Positions 7,272-9,095 of a stretch of DNA of 9,095 bases are shown here, one piece after another. The stretch comes from a virus. Taxonomy: Duplodnaviria; Heunggongvirae; Uroviricota; Caudoviricetes. Within the stretch, counting starts at the first letter, position 1. Every line of letters starts with the position of its first letter. The notes under the pieces are model-generated. The model searched no databases. It was not told where the DNA came from and worked only from the letters and a program-made list of their open reading frames with translations. A program made the translations under genes and the position numbers. The DNA is taken from the IMG/VR virus record IMGVR_UViG_2534681655_000016; one strand, given 5' to 3'.

Positions 7272-7306
7272 AAGCCATGCACCTTATCGATGCATGGCTT
7301 TTTTCA
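7272..7306 (+). terminator. Rho-independent terminator-like hairpin (10-bp perfect stem AAGCCATGCA/TGCATGGCTT, 9-nt loop, then a T-run)
   Basis: Perfect inverted repeat at 7272..7281 and 7291..7300, followed by TTTT (6 T's counting the stem end). It lies between the convergent cargo operon and psu. The plus-strand orientation is canonical; the minus strand has a weaker U-tract. Confidence 0.5.
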
Positions 7307-7334
7307 GTAAAAACGGGCGGATTTTCGGGGAATT

Positions 7335-7907
7335 TTACACAGACTGACGTGATGCCAGTTGCGCACTTTTACGCGAAAAAATCATGTTCTGCGCAGGGGT
7401 GAATTTTTCACGGCTGTCATCCACCGAAGCCGCGTCAGGCCTGAATCCGATGGTCGTTAAAATGTCGCTATCCTGTGCGGAATAATTAATTTTTTCCCCC
7501 TTCGCAAGCCAGGACAGAAGGGCTTCACGCAGGGCATCTGTGGCACGCTGTATGGCACAGTTTCGGGCAATGGCCGTCAGCTCACTGTAGCCCATCAGCT
7601 CCGGTGCCAGTGCCGCCGCCAGTGCTGTGCCGTGCTGCTGCATAAAATCATTCAGCCGGTCGCGGATGCTGATGTGCTGAACGGCTTCATGCGAACGAAT
7701 ATAACGACCGGCAGCCTGATTCACCTGCCATTTTCTGACTTCGATAATATTGCGTAATTCGTCCAGGCGACTGACGTTTCTGCCTTCCCCGGACAGAAGC
7801 CGCAGATATTCCTGTTCGGCCGCAGCCAGCTCATTTTTGCGTTGCAGCCATGCTGCTTTGTTATTCTGACAGGTGTCAAAGGCCTGCTGTAAGGCTGTGC
7901 TTTCCAT
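7335..7907 (-). CDS. psu: P4 Psu (polarity suppression / capsid decoration protein)
   Basis: 190-aa ORF whose length and sequence (MESTALQQAFDTCQNNKAAWLQRKNELAAAEQEYLRLL...) match recalled phage P4 Psu. It is the last gene of the sid-delta-psu late operon. Confidence 0.88.
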   Translation of the reverse strand: MESTALQQAFDTCQNNKAAWLQRKNELAAAEQEYLRLLSGEGRNVSRLDELRNIIEVRKWQVNQAAGRYIRSHEAVQHISIRDRLNDFMQQHGTALAAALAPELMGYSELTAIARNCAIQRATDALREALLSWLAKGEKINYSAQDSDILTTIGFRPDAASVDDSREKFTPAQNMIFSRKSAQLASRQSV

Positions 7908-7980
7908 CGTTATCTCTTTCTCATCATGCTGAAGAATAAAAATACGGTGTGCGGCGACGGCCGGGGTTAACCGGCAGCCC

Positions 7981-8481
7981 TCATTCCAGACGCAGCGAAT
8001 ATGATTGTGTTTTTAACCGTACTGGCGGCAGTTCCTGTTTTTCATGCAGGCGTTCTGCCAGTTCGTCCGGTGTGACCGGGCGGACAATGAAGCGGTTGAT
8101 GGTCTGAAGCGTTTTAAACACCAGACCACAGCCCGGATCCGTGCACACATAAAAACGTTCGGTGACTTCCTGAGACAGACGCCGCGATGTTCTTGACAGT
8201 GCAAGGCCTTTACATCTCCGACAACAATATCCGGTAACAAGCATTCTTTTCGGGCGTTTCATACTGCCGGAGGCAGAAGTCAGTGAATCGCGGTATCTCT
8301 GTTTGCCTGAAATGTATTCCATTCCTGAATCTTTACAGTCAGAGAAAAAGCTTTCACTCGCTTCAAATGTCGCAGAGCAATAAATATTCCGGCACTGTGC
8401 AATCATTATCTTGGTGCCATCGTCCATGAAATGTGCGCGGCGGGTGTGAGCAACATGTCCACACGACGGGCAGTAAATCAT
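7981..8481 (-). CDS. delta: P4 Delta (Ogr-like tandem zinc-finger late-gene transcriptional activator)
   Basis: 166-aa ORF with two Cys-rich Ogr-like repeats (CPSCGHVAHTRR...C...C and C..C......CTDPGCG). Its size matches P4 delta. The ATG overlaps the sid stop in an ATGA arrangement at 8478..8481. Confidence 0.88.
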   Translation of the reverse strand: MIYCPSCGHVAHTRRAHFMDDGTKIMIAQCRNIYCSATFEASESFFSDCKDSGMEYISGKQRYRDSLTSASGSMKRPKRMLVTGYCCRRCKGLALSRTSRRLSQEVTERFYVCTDPGCGLVFKTLQTINRFIVRPVTPDELAERLHEKQELPPVRLKTQSYSLRLE

Positions 8482-9095
8482 GACAGCAGTCCTCTGGCCT
8501 TAAGCTCTGCACCCTGCTGGTCTATTTTGTCCTGCCACACCTTGCGCTGTGCCGGTGTGCCTGCCACCTCATAATCCATGTGCGGGAGTGTTGCCGCTGA
8601 CAGTCCGGTCAGCCGGAGAACCGGCTCGCCGGTGAGGCTGATTTGCATCTGTTTTATTTTCTGTTCCAGCGATGATTTCACCTGCTGCATGACAGCTTTA
8701 TCGGGTGCGACGTAGCCCTGATGCCCGGTGGTGTTGGCGAGCGGATTTTCCTGTACCAGAATGCTCAGATGCATTGCCCGGACAAGCGCCTCACAGGTTT
8801 CATTCAGGGCGTGTTCCAGCTCATGCTCTGCATACAGACTCAGAGGTGATGATGTGCCTTCCGGTAGGCGGTGGCCGTGCTGTCACACGCCCCTTTCAGG
8901 CGTTCACGTTCGAAATTCAGCACCACGGCCAGATTGTCATATTCCTGTACCAGCTCCCGGCGTGCCACGCGCTCAATGTGGCGCTGTTTCAGCTCGTCGC
9001 TCAGGACACCACCGGCTGCACGAAAGGCCGTGCGCCAGTCGTCAGCGTCGTTTCCGTCGGCCTGCGCCAGCGCATTTTTTTCCTGCTCTGCCCGT
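8478..9095 (-). pseudogene. sid: P4 Sid (capsid size-determination external scaffold), apparently frameshifted; the 5' end lies beyond the window
   Basis: The C-terminal part is in the frame ending at TGA 8478..8480 and is open back to a stop at 8883..8885. The N-terminal part (RAEQEKNALAQADGNDADDWRTAFRAAGGVLSDELKQRHIERVARRELVQEYDNLAVVLNFERERLKGACDSTATAYRKAHHHL*) is in a different frame, running from the window edge to a TGA at 8840..8842. The two frames overlap at 8843..8882 and their combined length fits the ~244-aa Sid, implying a 1-bp indel there. Confidence 0.7.

Noticed and set aside
7267-7347. 26-codon plus-strand ORF (MQSHAPYRCMAFFSKNGRIFGEFYTD) between cos and psu
   Set aside because: It spans the terminator hairpin and has no ribosome-binding site; it is more likely non-coding structural RNA/DNA.
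7959-7976. Short hairpin around the GGTTAACC palindrome between delta and psu
   Set aside because: The stem is only 4-5 bp with no adjacent U-tract, so it is too weak to call a terminator or regulatory element; psu is expected to be co-transcribed with delta.
8013-8240. Minus-strand ORF 8013..8240 inside delta
   Set aside because: It is an alternative frame within the delta gene, and delta's zinc-finger repeats support the annotated frame.
1-9095. CRISPR arrays, rRNA, and additional tRNAs
   Set aside because: I found no regularly spaced direct repeats, rRNA-like conserved blocks, or further cloverleaf candidates on either strand.

Overview
This window reads as an Enterobacteriaceae (E. coli-like) chromosomal segment around the tRNA-Sec gene selC, with two mobile elements. 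(1) An IS150 copy (IS3 family; insJ/insK, with the A-AAA-AAG slippery site) sits at 2..1443 and has truncated the alpha-xylosidase gene yicI; its partner transporter gene yicJ is intact. (2) Directly after the 3' end of selC (4070..4164) begins an integrated P4-like phage satellite: P4-type integrase, then a low-GC two-gene cargo operon, then the 19-nt P2/P4 cos site, then psu, delta and a frameshifted sid on the opposite strand. The cargo operon sits where phage P4 carries gop/beta/cII, the known variable defence hotspot of P4-like satellites. It encodes a HAD-superfamily hydrolase with all four catalytic motifs and a small protein with three predicted transmembrane helices. This pair is the most interesting object in the window: a candidate anti-phage system (hydrolase + 3TM effector) whose mechanism I cannot assign from sequence. 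Both IS150 insK and satellite sid appear to carry 1-bp frameshifts. All identifications rest on reading the sequence and the supplied ORF translations against recalled protein families; no database search was run.
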